Sequence record: SRR31156797_1282
Strand: one strand, 5' to 3'
Length of the DNA stretch: 64,000 nt
Shown: piece after piece, positions 1-8,793 of the stretch
How positions within the stretch are numbered: position 1 is the first letter of the stretch
How the letters are laid out: every line of letters starts with the position of its first letter
Made by a program: the position numbers and the translations under genes
The notes under the pieces: generated by a model
Database searches by the model: none
What the model saw: only the letters and a program-made list of their open reading frames with translations
Told to the model about the DNA's origin: nothing

Positions 1-327
1 TCCTTCAGGATCAAGTTCTGTTTTAATAAAATATGGTCCGTTTGTCCAATTAAGAAATGAGAAATCTCCGGTTAAAACTTCACCATCTCCAATTTCAATA
101 CTAATAAGACCATTTGAATTGGTTATTGGACTATGCTTTTCAATATACATAGGCCAGCCATTAGCAGAGCCTCGCAAAATAGTAATTCGCATTCCCACAG
201 TTTGCTCAGAAATCAAATTGCCGTCTATATCTCTAACTACAGCCTGATAGCTTAACTTCTCGGGAATTTGAGCAGTCACAATTTCTACTGAGATTATTAA
301 TAATAAGAATAATAAAACCTTTTTCAT
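1..327 (-). CDS. Secreted protein with conserved 'SYQAVVRD' N-terminal domain; paralog of 353-1834; truncated by the window edge
   Basis: Not in the ORF track. Manual translation from the ATG at 327 gives MKKVLLFLLLIISVEIVTAQIPEKLSYQAVVRDIDGNLISEQTVGMRITILRGSANG...TNSNGLISIEIGDG...NWTNGPYFIKTELDPEG, open to position 1. Confidence 0.85.
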   Translation of the reverse strand, partial: MKKVLLFLLLIISVEIVTAQIPEKLSYQAVVRDIDGNLISEQTVGMRITILRGSANGWPMYIEKHSPITNSNGLISIEIGDGEVLTGDFSFLNWTNGPYFIKTELDPEG

Positions 328-352
328 AAAGCACTAAAATAAAATAACATAA

Positions 353-1834
353 TCAATCCTTTACACAACGGACTGAAGCACCATCTGCTCTAACATCCGT
401 TCCAAATTGAGCATAACTATCACTATAATACAAACCTCTTGAACTACTACCATCAACCGTACTAGTCCAATAACTTCCTCCTTCACCAGCGCCATATATA
501 ATGCCTCCATCATAAACTCTAAAACCTGCAGCAGGCAATTTTAAGACAGAATTTAATGCGCCATTATAGTCAAGAGAAGTCCATTCATTTACTTCTTCCT
601 GCCACTCAGCCTCTGTTGGTAATCTATATCCTTCTGGACAAGGATTATTAATGCCATTTAATCCCTGCCATAAAGCATCATTTTGAGATTCACGCCAATC
701 ATATGGAGAACCAGAAACTGAAATAAAGTCTGCATGTCCCGGCACATCAACACTACTTAACATAGTTGAAATATTTGAATTTCTAAACTCATGTCCATCG
801 GATAACCTTCCCCATTGATAAAGGTCGCCATATGCATTAACATCATCAATTGAGTCCGCGATTTTTATTGCACCAAGATTCTTATCCAGCCATATTCTAC
901 CAGTAACGGGATTTCTAACTTCGCCATCCTCTAATTCTAAAACCCACATAGGCATACCATCTATAAATGTTAATACGGATTCATTTATTCCAGGTGCAAT
1001 CGTAACCCATTCTGTTCCATTCCAGTATTGCATTTGCCCGGATTGTGTACCTATAGGAACTCTGGGGTCCGTTTCAGTATAACTATCGATTTTACTATTC
1101 CACCTGGCAGTATCTATTGCAGTAATGCTTTTTGCTATCGAAGTATTAAAAAATGGGTCTGCTTCTTGCTTCACCATATCAGTACGCAGCTGATTTGCTG
1201 TATCTTGAATAGCCTGTGTATTAATTGCAATACCACTAACATCAGGTAATTCAGCACGTAAATGAATTATTGAATCATTTAATGCATCTAAGGTCGCAAT
1301 ACCACTTAAATCCTGATCTCCCGTATTTATCCCTGATAAATTTTGCAAATTAGCTATATCATTTGCTGAAATATTTGAGGCTTGACTTTGAGTAAAAATT
1401 GGATCGGTTTCTGTAAAACCACCTGAAATACTTTCAGCTGTTTTAGCATAGAGTGCATATGGAACGCTTAATAACTGGTTTACACCTGTAATTGTATACA
1501 AAGTCCCTCCTTCAGGGTCGGTTTCTATTCTAATAAAATACGGCCCATTAGCCCAATCAATAGCGGAAAAATCTCCACTTTGAACAACACCTTCGCCAAT
1601 ATTAATGCTGATAAGTCCATTCACATTTGTTGTTGGTGTATGTGTTTCAACATATACCGCCGAACCATCTACTGAACCTTGCAGTAAACTAAATTGCATC
1701 CCTACAGTTTGTTCTGTAACTAAATTATTTTGCAAATCTCGAATTACAGCCTGATAGCTTATTTTGTCAGGACTTTGAGCCAAAGTACTTACAGCTATTA
1801 TCAAAACAATTGAAATTGTTAATATTTTCTTCAT
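353..1834 (-). CDS. Secreted modular protein: SYQAVIRD N-terminal domain, ETDP-type stalk, C-terminal FISUMP/Fib_succ_major-like domain
   Basis: Signal peptide; stalk motifs FTETDPIF, QEADPFF, YTETDPRV; C-terminal motifs GRIWLDKNLGA, YGDLYQWGR, NPCPEGYRLPT, LPAAGFR, GASVRCVKD. Confidence 0.75.
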   Translation of the reverse strand: MKKILTISIVLIIAVSTLAQSPDKISYQAVIRDLQNNLVTEQTVGMQFSLLQGSVDGSAVYVETHTPTTNVNGLISINIGEGVVQSGDFSAIDWANGPYFIRIETDPEGGTLYTITGVNQLLSVPYALYAKTAESISGGFTETDPIFTQSQASNISANDIANLQNLSGINTGDQDLSGIATLDALNDSIIHLRAELPDVSGIAINTQAIQDTANQLRTDMVKQEADPFFNTSIAKSITAIDTARWNSKIDSYTETDPRVPIGTQSGQMQYWNGTEWVTIAPGINESVLTFIDGMPMWVLELEDGEVRNPVTGRIWLDKNLGAIKIADSIDDVNAYGDLYQWGRLSDGHEFRNSNISTMLSSVDVPGHADFISVSGSPYDWRESQNDALWQGLNGINNPCPEGYRLPTEAEWQEEVNEWTSLDYNGALNSVLKLPAAGFRVYDGGIIYGAGEGGSYWTSTVDGSSSRGLYYSDSYAQFGTDVRADGASVRCVKD

Positions 1835-1842
1835 TATGTAAT

Positions 1843-2331
1843 TTACTTCTTAATTATTTTAAACGTTTTCATCAAGGTTTCTTCATTTAGTATTTTTAAT
1901 AAATAAGAACCTGGTGCGTATTTATCAGCATAAACGATTGTTTTGCTCTTAGCTATTTTACTATGATACAACAGAGAACCATTCATATTATATACTTCCA
2001 GTGTTAGATTTGAAATATCCATATCATCTACTGTTAAAATTAAATGATTAGTAACCGGATTTGGATATACGAAAACAGAAAGATTGATATTTATTTTTTC
2101 ATTTATTGAAGTAATAGTTGATATTTCATAAGGTTGCTGAACACCCTGTATCACAGAAACACTTGCTCCATCATACTCACTATAAAACACTTGTCCAACT
2201 GAATAACTAATTGAACCTCCATTGCCGGATATATCTTTACCAATAGCGTTAATACTCTCCTGCGCTTTTAGACCATTCACTCCAATAGTAAACACAAAAA
2301 GCATAATGATCTTCAACTGATTTCTTTGCAT
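1843..2331 (-). CDS. Small T9SS type A sorting domain protein
   Basis: Signal peptide, a short segment GGSISYSVGQ...QGVQQPY, then a CTD (VFVYPNPV...YNMNG...GSYLLKI...TFKIIKK). Confidence 0.85.
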   Translation of the reverse strand: MQRNQLKIIMLFVFTIGVNGLKAQESINAIGKDISGNGGSISYSVGQVFYSEYDGASVSVIQGVQQPYEISTITSINEKININLSVFVYPNPVTNHLILTVDDMDISNLTLEVYNMNGSLLYHSKIAKSKTIVYADKYAPGSYLLKILNEETLMKTFKIIKK

Positions 2332-2591
2332 TTTAAATTTATATTTTCTTGAATTAACAAGTGCTAGATTTATATAAAAGACTCATAATAGCTCAAACTC
2401 AAATGGATTATAATAAAATAAAAAAATGAAATGCAATATTAATAAAAAAAAGCTAGTACTTAAACATTTAAGAATATTATTCCAACCAGAAATTACTATA
2501 ATTAACATATATATTTTAAAACAGCTGTGATAAGGGAAAAACACAAATCTCTACTCATTGAAAATACATCTTGTATTTCCAAAGTATTTTG

Positions 2592-2599
2592 TAGTTTTG
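2592..2599 (+). promoter_or_regulatory. Bacteroidota -7 promoter element (TAGTTTTG)
   Basis: Matches TAnnTTTG about 40 bp upstream of the ATG at 2640. Confidence 0.5.
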
Positions 2600-2639
2600 T
2601 GCCTTAATTTATTGGAGAAAAACATAATAAAGTAGTACT

Positions 2640-3611
2640 ATGTCAAAAATAGAAGCATTGAAACTTATCGGGAACACACCGATGGTTCATCTAAAAACAC
2701 TTGATCCGAAGCCAGGCGTAGAGATTTGGGCAAAACTTGAAACTTCTAATCCTACAGGCAGTTACAAAGACCGTATTGTAAAATACATGGTGGAAAAAGG
2801 TATTGAATCTGGTGAAATCAAAAAGGACACCACACTTGTGGAAGGAAGTTCCGGCAACACAGGAGCTGCTGTTGCAATGATTGCTTCTAGCATGGGCTTA
2901 AAGTCAATACTCTATGTACCAGACAAATGTAGCGATGAGAAAGTTGCAATTATTCGTTCTTATGGCGCTGAAGTATCTGTGGTAGATGCCCCTGCTTCAT
3001 ACGAAGCTGCAGCAGCTGAAAGAGCGAAAGAAGATGAAACCTTTTATCATATCGACCAATATAATAATCAACTTAACCCTGAAGCTCACTACATGACAAC
3101 CGGTAAAGAGATTTGGGAAGATATGAACGGAGAAATTGATGTATTTGTGGCCACAGCATCAACAGGTGGAGCAGTTTCAGGTATCGCCCGCCGATTAAAA
3201 GAGAATAATCCAAATGTAAAAATTGTATTGGCCGATCCTGAAGGGTCTATATACAAACCTTATTTTGAGGGTAAAGAGAATTACATGGATTACAAAAAGC
3301 CTTTCAAAGTAGAAGGAGCCGGAAAAATGGCAATTGTTGAAGCAATGCACTTTAATTTAATGGATGAAGCTATAGCATTTAATGACGAACAAGCTATTGA
3401 AATGACACTAAGGCTTGCCAAAGACGAGGGTCTTATGGTAGGTGGTTCAAGTGGTGGTAACGTATGGACTGCTCTGGAAGTTGCTAAGAAAATGGAAGGC
3501 CCTGCTAAGATTGTAACTATTATTCCAGACAGTGGATTCAAATATATGAGCAAAATATTTAACCCACTATGGCTTAGAGAAATTGGACTTGGGCACCTTG
3601 CTGATAATTAA
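2640..3611 (+). CDS. PLP-dependent cysteine synthase / cystathionine beta-synthase family protein
   Basis: KLETSNPTGSYKDR (PLP lysine), EGSSGNTG, DQYNNQLNP, GGSSG, PDSGFKYMSK. Confidence 0.9.
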   Translation: MSKIEALKLIGNTPMVHLKTLDPKPGVEIWAKLETSNPTGSYKDRIVKYMVEKGIESGEIKKDTTLVEGSSGNTGAAVAMIASSMGLKSILYVPDKCSDEKVAIIRSYGAEVSVVDAPASYEAAAAERAKEDETFYHIDQYNNQLNPEAHYMTTGKEIWEDMNGEIDVFVATASTGGAVSGIARRLKENNPNVKIVLADPEGSIYKPYFEGKENYMDYKKPFKVEGAGKMAIVEAMHFNLMDEAIAFNDEQAIEMTLRLAKDEGLMVGGSSGGNVWTALEVAKKMEGPAKIVTIIPDSGFKYMSKIFNPLWLREIGLGHLADN

Positions 3612-3628
3612 ACACTTTCATATAAAAT

Positions 3629-3662
3629 AAAAAAACCGAAGGCAGAAGCTTTCGGTTTTTTT
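3629..3662. terminator. Bidirectional intrinsic terminator
   Basis: AAAAAAACCGAAGGC-AGAA-GCTTTCGGTTTTTTT between convergent genes. Confidence 0.85.
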
Positions 3663-3672
3663 ATGAACTAGA

Positions 3673-4887
3673 CTATTTTGCTTTATTTTTAATATCAAAC
3701 GCCATCAAAGCATTTCCATGGCGAATATATAATACACCATTTTTAATAACCGGATGAGCAAAATGCTCTTTTGTTCCTTTTCTAACTCTAAATGAACTTA
3801 CCGTTTCCAACTTAGGATCAAGTTTAACTAAGCTGGTCTTACCTCTATCACTATACACATAAAGCATATTGTCAGCATAAATGGCGCTGCCATTCCCTGT
3901 TTTTAGGGAATCAATAAGTTCACCTGTATTATCGTCGATTACTCTTAAATAAAACTTTTTATAGCCTGTACCAATTAGCTTATTATCCACCTTCAATAAT
4001 CCTTCCTGAATACTATTAACTTTCATATTTTTCCACATTTCAGTTACACTGGTTCCATCTTCTGAAAGTTTTAACTTGACAGTGCCATTACCATAGCTTG
4101 TGGCGTATATATAACCATTATCATAAATGGGAGTATTACCTTTTACATCCACAGCTGAATCTTCATGTGACCACAACAATTCTCCTGTTGCAGCATCTAA
4201 ACCAAATAAATGAAATTCAGAGAAAGTAACTAATAACTTTCTTGTTGGTAAATTAATCATCATAGGTGAACAAAATGCCGGTTTTTCGCCTTTGGCCAAA
4301 CTAGTCCATATTTCTTCACCCGTAAATCTATTGAGAGCCACTACATTTGTTTTTATGGAGTCTCCAGGTGCAAAAAACACTTTTTCACCATCAACTAAAA
4401 GGGATTGAGCAAAGCCAAATCTGGTAATTACGCCATTATAATTTTCCATCATATTAGTTGACCAAACTTTTGTTCCGTCCTCAGCCTTTACACACAAAAC
4501 TTCTCCCATCGGTGAACATATGTAAACTAAATCATCAACTACTGTTGGCGTTGATCTGGAGCCCGGAAAGTTTACAACCCAGGAACTATCATATGGAACT
4601 TTCCAAAGTAATTTCCCATTGAGATCGAGGGCAAATAAATGACTTAAACTATCTACCTCTCCATTTACAAATATTTTATCGGATGTAATGGTCGGCGAAC
4701 CATATCCATTGCCAATTCCCTCGTACAACCAAAGCATTTCCGGACCCTCTTCAGGCCATTCTTTTAATAAATTGGTTTCATTATAAATGCCATCGCGATT
4801 ATCGCCATGCCATTGGCTTATTTCAGACTTTTTGGTACAAGAAATTACCGCAAATAATACAACTGATAAAATAATTAGATTTTTCAT
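3673..4887 (-). CDS. PQQ-like (BamB-type) beta-propeller lipoprotein
   Basis: Lipobox-like VISC; SQWHGDNRDG; GNGYGSPT; repeated ALD..GKLLW blades; FAHPVI..GVLYIRHG. Confidence 0.85.
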   Translation of the reverse strand: MKNLIILSVVLFAVISCTKKSEISQWHGDNRDGIYNETNLLKEWPEEGPEMLWLYEGIGNGYGSPTITSDKIFVNGEVDSLSHLFALDLNGKLLWKVPYDSSWVVNFPGSRSTPTVVDDLVYICSPMGEVLCVKAEDGTKVWSTNMMENYNGVITRFGFAQSLLVDGEKVFFAPGDSIKTNVVALNRFTGEEIWTSLAKGEKPAFCSPMMINLPTRKLLVTFSEFHLFGLDAATGELLWSHEDSAVDVKGNTPIYDNGYIYATSYGNGTVKLKLSEDGTSVTEMWKNMKVNSIQEGLLKVDNKLIGTGYKKFYLRVIDDNTGELIDSLKTGNGSAIYADNMLYVYSDRGKTSLVKLDPKLETVSSFRVRKGTKEHFAHPVIKNGVLYIRHGNALMAFDIKNKAK

Positions 4888-4938
4888 GTGGGTTGAATAG
4901 TTAGATTGATATATTTATAAAATTTTTACACTCTCTTT

Positions 4939-6180
4939 TTACTTTTTCCGTATATCGTATGCCATTAATGCTTTTCCATGACGAACATACATTACACCAT
5001 TATCAATTACTGGATGTGCGAAGTGCTCTTTTGTTCCTTTTGTAATTTTAAAAGAGCTTTTAAGGGTTAACTTGCCATCTTTAGGCTCAACCAAATTCAC
5101 ATATCCCCTTTGATTATAGTAATATAAATGACCATCAGCAAAATTCGTATTACCATTGCCAATTTTCAAGGTATCTTTTATAGAGCCATCTTTAATATCA
5201 ACCGACACAAGACTTCTCAATTGGGTTGTACCTGTGTATATATAATTGCCAAGCTTTACAAATCCACCCATATAATCATCTACCTTGCTATTCCTCCATA
5301 CCTCGGTAATTTTTGTTCCATCAGCAGACAATTTCAATTTTACCCCACAATTTCCATCTCCTGCCACATAATAAATAAATCCATTATCGTACAGAACGGT
5401 GTTACTATGAGTATCACCCATTCCAGGTCTGCGCTTCTCAACTGGAACATTATCCTGGGCAAGTGTCCAAAGCAACGTTCCATCGTTGGCATCGATTCCC
5501 AATAAAGCGTAGGCGGTAAAGGTAACAAGCACATCACGATTTTCCAATTTCACCATATATGGAGCATTATATCCTGGTCTTTCGCCAAGTGCCTTGCACG
5601 ACCAAATAAGTTTTCCGGTAAATCGATCTAGTGCAACCACATTATTTTCAATACCTCCGGGAACAAGAAAAACCTTATTTCCATCAATTAGAGGAGCTTC
5701 AGAATGACCATGCATTGTATATTGACCATTAAAATCGTCTTTCAAATCAACAGCCCAAATCTGCTTTTTCTCATTAAGATCAAAACAGCTCAATCCGCCA
5801 ATTCCGGATGAAACATAAAGTAAATCATCAACAATAGTCGGGCAAGCTCTTGATCCTTGATACGTTTTTGTCCATTCTTTGCCATATGGTGCTTTCCAAA
5901 GCAATTTACCTTTTAAATCAAATGCAAAAAGATATCCAACACTGTCTATTTCACCTTGTATATAAAGCGTATTTCCGGAAATAGTTGGAGAACCATACCC
6001 ATTTCCAATTTCTTCAGTCTCCCATAATAAGGTTGGTCCTTTTTCAGGCCAGGATTTTAAAAGATTAGATTCAATAAATTTTCCATCACGATGTTCGCCA
6101 CGCCATTGACTGATTTCGTTTTTTTTATCGCATGTAAACGTTGCTAGTAATAAAATAATTACAATGAATAGATTTTTCAT
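4939..6180 (-). CDS. PQQ-like beta-propeller protein; tandem paralog of 3673-4887
   Basis: Same motifs: SQWRGEHRDG, GNGYGSPT, KGTKEHFAHPVI; N-terminal cysteine after the hydrophobic stretch. Confidence 0.85.
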   Translation of the reverse strand: MKNLFIVIILLLATFTCDKKNEISQWRGEHRDGKFIESNLLKSWPEKGPTLLWETEEIGNGYGSPTISGNTLYIQGEIDSVGYLFAFDLKGKLLWKAPYGKEWTKTYQGSRACPTIVDDLLYVSSGIGGLSCFDLNEKKQIWAVDLKDDFNGQYTMHGHSEAPLIDGNKVFLVPGGIENNVVALDRFTGKLIWSCKALGERPGYNAPYMVKLENRDVLVTFTAYALLGIDANDGTLLWTLAQDNVPVEKRRPGMGDTHSNTVLYDNGFIYYVAGDGNCGVKLKLSADGTKITEVWRNSKVDDYMGGFVKLGNYIYTGTTQLRSLVSVDIKDGSIKDTLKIGNGNTNFADGHLYYYNQRGYVNLVEPKDGKLTLKSSFKITKGTKEHFAHPVIDNGVMYVRHGKALMAYDIRKK

Positions 6181-6313
6181 GATTCAAACTTTAGATTGAT
6201 AATCCGGAAATTTTTCATGATAAAGTTATAATATTGAGCCGAATAGCCAACAAATATTTAATATTGTACCAATTCGGACAATAACACTAATAGAATCTAA
6301 TTTTCGGGCAGAT

Positions 6314-7612
6314 TTATTTCTTAACGATTAAATACTTATTATCCTTAGATTCTAATTTGTATGAGTTAGTCAATTTCAATGTCCAGCCTTCCCCAAGAAT
6401 AATTGAATCTGTTATGGTAATGGGGTATGAAATTGTTACCTTATTCCATTCCGGGCTCATTAAAGCACCACAGCTATCAACTTTCAGTACTCCCCAATTA
6501 TCAGTTATTCTTAAATTTGGATACACTGTACCATAGGAATCCAAAGGCATAATATTAGATGGATTGAAGCCAATATTCATATTCTCCAAACCGATTTCTA
6601 CAATACTATCATTTAGAAAAATGTTTTTGTATTTGTTTTTCAACTCCTGCTTTTTGAGTTCTCTTAAATTCTCATTTTCAATAATGGTATCCATCCCATA
6701 TAAAACAGCTATTTTAGCTATGTCTTCATCAGTTACTTCCTGCAAATTCAAATTCCAGAATTCAGACATGAAATCGGACAAATTAGTTTCATTTTTAATC
6801 TTCAAATTCCAATTTTCATCTTTTTGATGCATGAAATAACCATACACAGGAATTGTAAAATAAGCAAAAGAGCGGACAAAAGTAGGCATCTTATAAAACT
6901 TATCAATTTGAGAAATATAATGAGTTTTCAAATCGGAATCATTTCGCTGACTTAAAATTGAGCCAGTATATTCTGCAAGTCCCTCATTGATTTCCAGTGA
7001 GTTTTCTGCTTCTTTTGCATTAGGATATAGTTGGTAACGATATTTCCGAAATTTCAAAGCGTTTTTTAGATGAATATCTGGTTCATTGGAATCTAAAGCT
7101 TTTTTTAGCGCTTCGAGTTCTAGTTTTAAATAGATTCTTCCCTTTTTACTATCCAAATGCTTACTCTGAATTTCATTTAAAGATTCAAAACCTATTGCAT
7201 GCTGAATTCTATGGAAGGATTCATGAATGAGTAAGTTTAATCTTTCAGATTTTATTTCAGGAAGAGGAAACGCAACCATTGTCCATCTTTTACCATTCCA
7301 GTCTATTGCAGTATTCGCAATATTGATTTTTTCAGGTAGTTTTCCTACAAATAGTCCTTCTTTTTCAGTAAGCTTTCCGGCATCATCAGGCTCATTAGCA
7401 ATGATAGTCCGGGTATCACGATTAATAATCATTAATGGGCCTTCCAATGAATAATTCCATGTTTTCCCATTCTCAATTTTTAAAGCTTCTTTCAATTCGT
7501 TAAAAGCCATTTTTGCAGATGCCCAATCATTTTCAGGAATCTCATAGTTTTTCATATTGTTATTGCAAGAAACTAATGTTGCAATAATAAAAAGTAATAA
7601 AGGAATTCTCAT
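6314..7612 (-). CDS. Lipoprotein with putative zinc-metallopeptidase motif
   Basis: Lipobox LVSC; LLIHESFH (HExxH) and a downstream NEGLAEY, as in gluzincins. Confidence 0.55.
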   Translation of the reverse strand: MRIPLLLFIIATLVSCNNNMKNYEIPENDWASAKMAFNELKEALKIENGKTWNYSLEGPLMIINRDTRTIIANEPDDAGKLTEKEGLFVGKLPEKINIANTAIDWNGKRWTMVAFPLPEIKSERLNLLIHESFHRIQHAIGFESLNEIQSKHLDSKKGRIYLKLELEALKKALDSNEPDIHLKNALKFRKYRYQLYPNAKEAENSLEINEGLAEYTGSILSQRNDSDLKTHYISQIDKFYKMPTFVRSFAYFTIPVYGYFMHQKDENWNLKIKNETNLSDFMSEFWNLNLQEVTDEDIAKIAVLYGMDTIIENENLRELKKQELKNKYKNIFLNDSIVEIGLENMNIGFNPSNIMPLDSYGTVYPNLRITDNWGVLKVDSCGALMSPEWNKVTISYPITITDSIILGEGWTLKLTNSYKLESKDNKYLIVKK

Positions 7613-7841
7613 AACAAATCTGTTTTTCTATAATACTTTTATTTGTTAACTGTTCTATTTGAAGAATTAAAAATACTTAAAATTTGATAACAAAAATGAC
7701 ATTTTGATAATCAAACCAATTAAATGTGCGATAAAACTGATATTCAAATAATCTGAACACTGTGTTAAACTATATAGTTTTGAGCTTGTTGCACCTTTAA
7801 AGATAGAATTCTAAACATTAAAATTACAAACTGAATTAAAT

Positions 7842-8675
7842 ATGAACAAATCTAAGATTTTAGTAACAGCAGCAACAGGAAATATTGGTTTACACCTCTC
7901 AAAAGCGTTACATAAGAAAGAGATTGAATTTACGGCTGCCACTAGAGATGCTAAAAAGGCATTTGAAAAATTCGGATTTGAAACAGATACTGTACAACTT
8001 GAATTTAAAGACCCGGCAGGTTTTTCCGAAGCCCTGAAAAGTATTGATACCCTATTTTTATGTGGACCTTCTGCTACCCCAGGTGCTGAAAAAATGTTAG
8101 CCCCATTGGCAGAACAAGCTATTAATCAAGGAGTTAAATATTTTGTATTTATTTCTTCATACCCTAATATTATGAGTATGATTGAAAATAGCGGAAGAGA
8201 CTATACCTTTTTACGAGCAAACTTTTTCATGCAAAATTTTGAGCTGTATCAGACAAAAGATGTTAAAGAACAAAATCAATTATTTCTTCCTACAGGTAAA
8301 GGGAAAGCCCCTTATGTGGATACGCTGGATATTGGCCAGGTTGCAGCTGAAGTAATTGAAAATCCATCTAAATACAATAAAGAAACCCTTTACCTTACAG
8401 GACCCAAAGCTATGGACCTCCATGAGGTTGCAGAGATTTTTTCTGACATACTTGGCAGAGAGATAAAATTTAAGGAGCCCGATGATGAGGCGTACCGCAA
8501 AGAAATGGAGAAACGTGGATATCCAAAAGAGTATATTGATGCAATGATTGCTGTATTTGGAAAAATCAAAACAGGACAGGTTTCTCAAACATCAGACAGC
8601 GTTGAGAAAATTTTAGGAAGAAAACCCAATACACTAGAAAACTACGTGGATCGGAATAAGTCAATTTTTAAATAA
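7842..8675 (+). CDS. NmrA-like NAD(P)-binding / atypical SDR protein
   Basis: ILVTAATGNIG Rossmann start, YTFLRANFFMQN, YLTGP, ILGRKP. Confidence 0.85.
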   Translation: MNKSKILVTAATGNIGLHLSKALHKKEIEFTAATRDAKKAFEKFGFETDTVQLEFKDPAGFSEALKSIDTLFLCGPSATPGAEKMLAPLAEQAINQGVKYFVFISSYPNIMSMIENSGRDYTFLRANFFMQNFELYQTKDVKEQNQLFLPTGKGKAPYVDTLDIGQVAAEVIENPSKYNKETLYLTGPKAMDLHEVAEIFSDILGREIKFKEPDDEAYRKEMEKRGYPKEYIDAMIAVFGKIKTGQVSQTSDSVEKILGRKPNTLENYVDRNKSIFK

Positions 8676-8737
8676 TACGGTTTACAATAATTTAATATTT
8701 AGACTTATAACCCTGACTTTGACTCACATATAAAAGA

Positions 8738-8773
8738 GAAAGTTACCAGCATACTAAAATACTGGCAACTTTC
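8738..8773. terminator. Hairpin between convergent genes
   Basis: GAAAGTTACCAG...CTGGCAACTTTC inverted repeat. Confidence 0.6.
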
Positions 8774-8793
8774 AAGGGACAAGTAAAACAAGG

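Noticed and set aside
353-900. FISUMP-like C-terminus as a diversity-generating retroelement target
   Set aside because: No reverse transcriptase and no adenine-variant template repeat are visible in this window; it cannot be excluded elsewhere in the genome.
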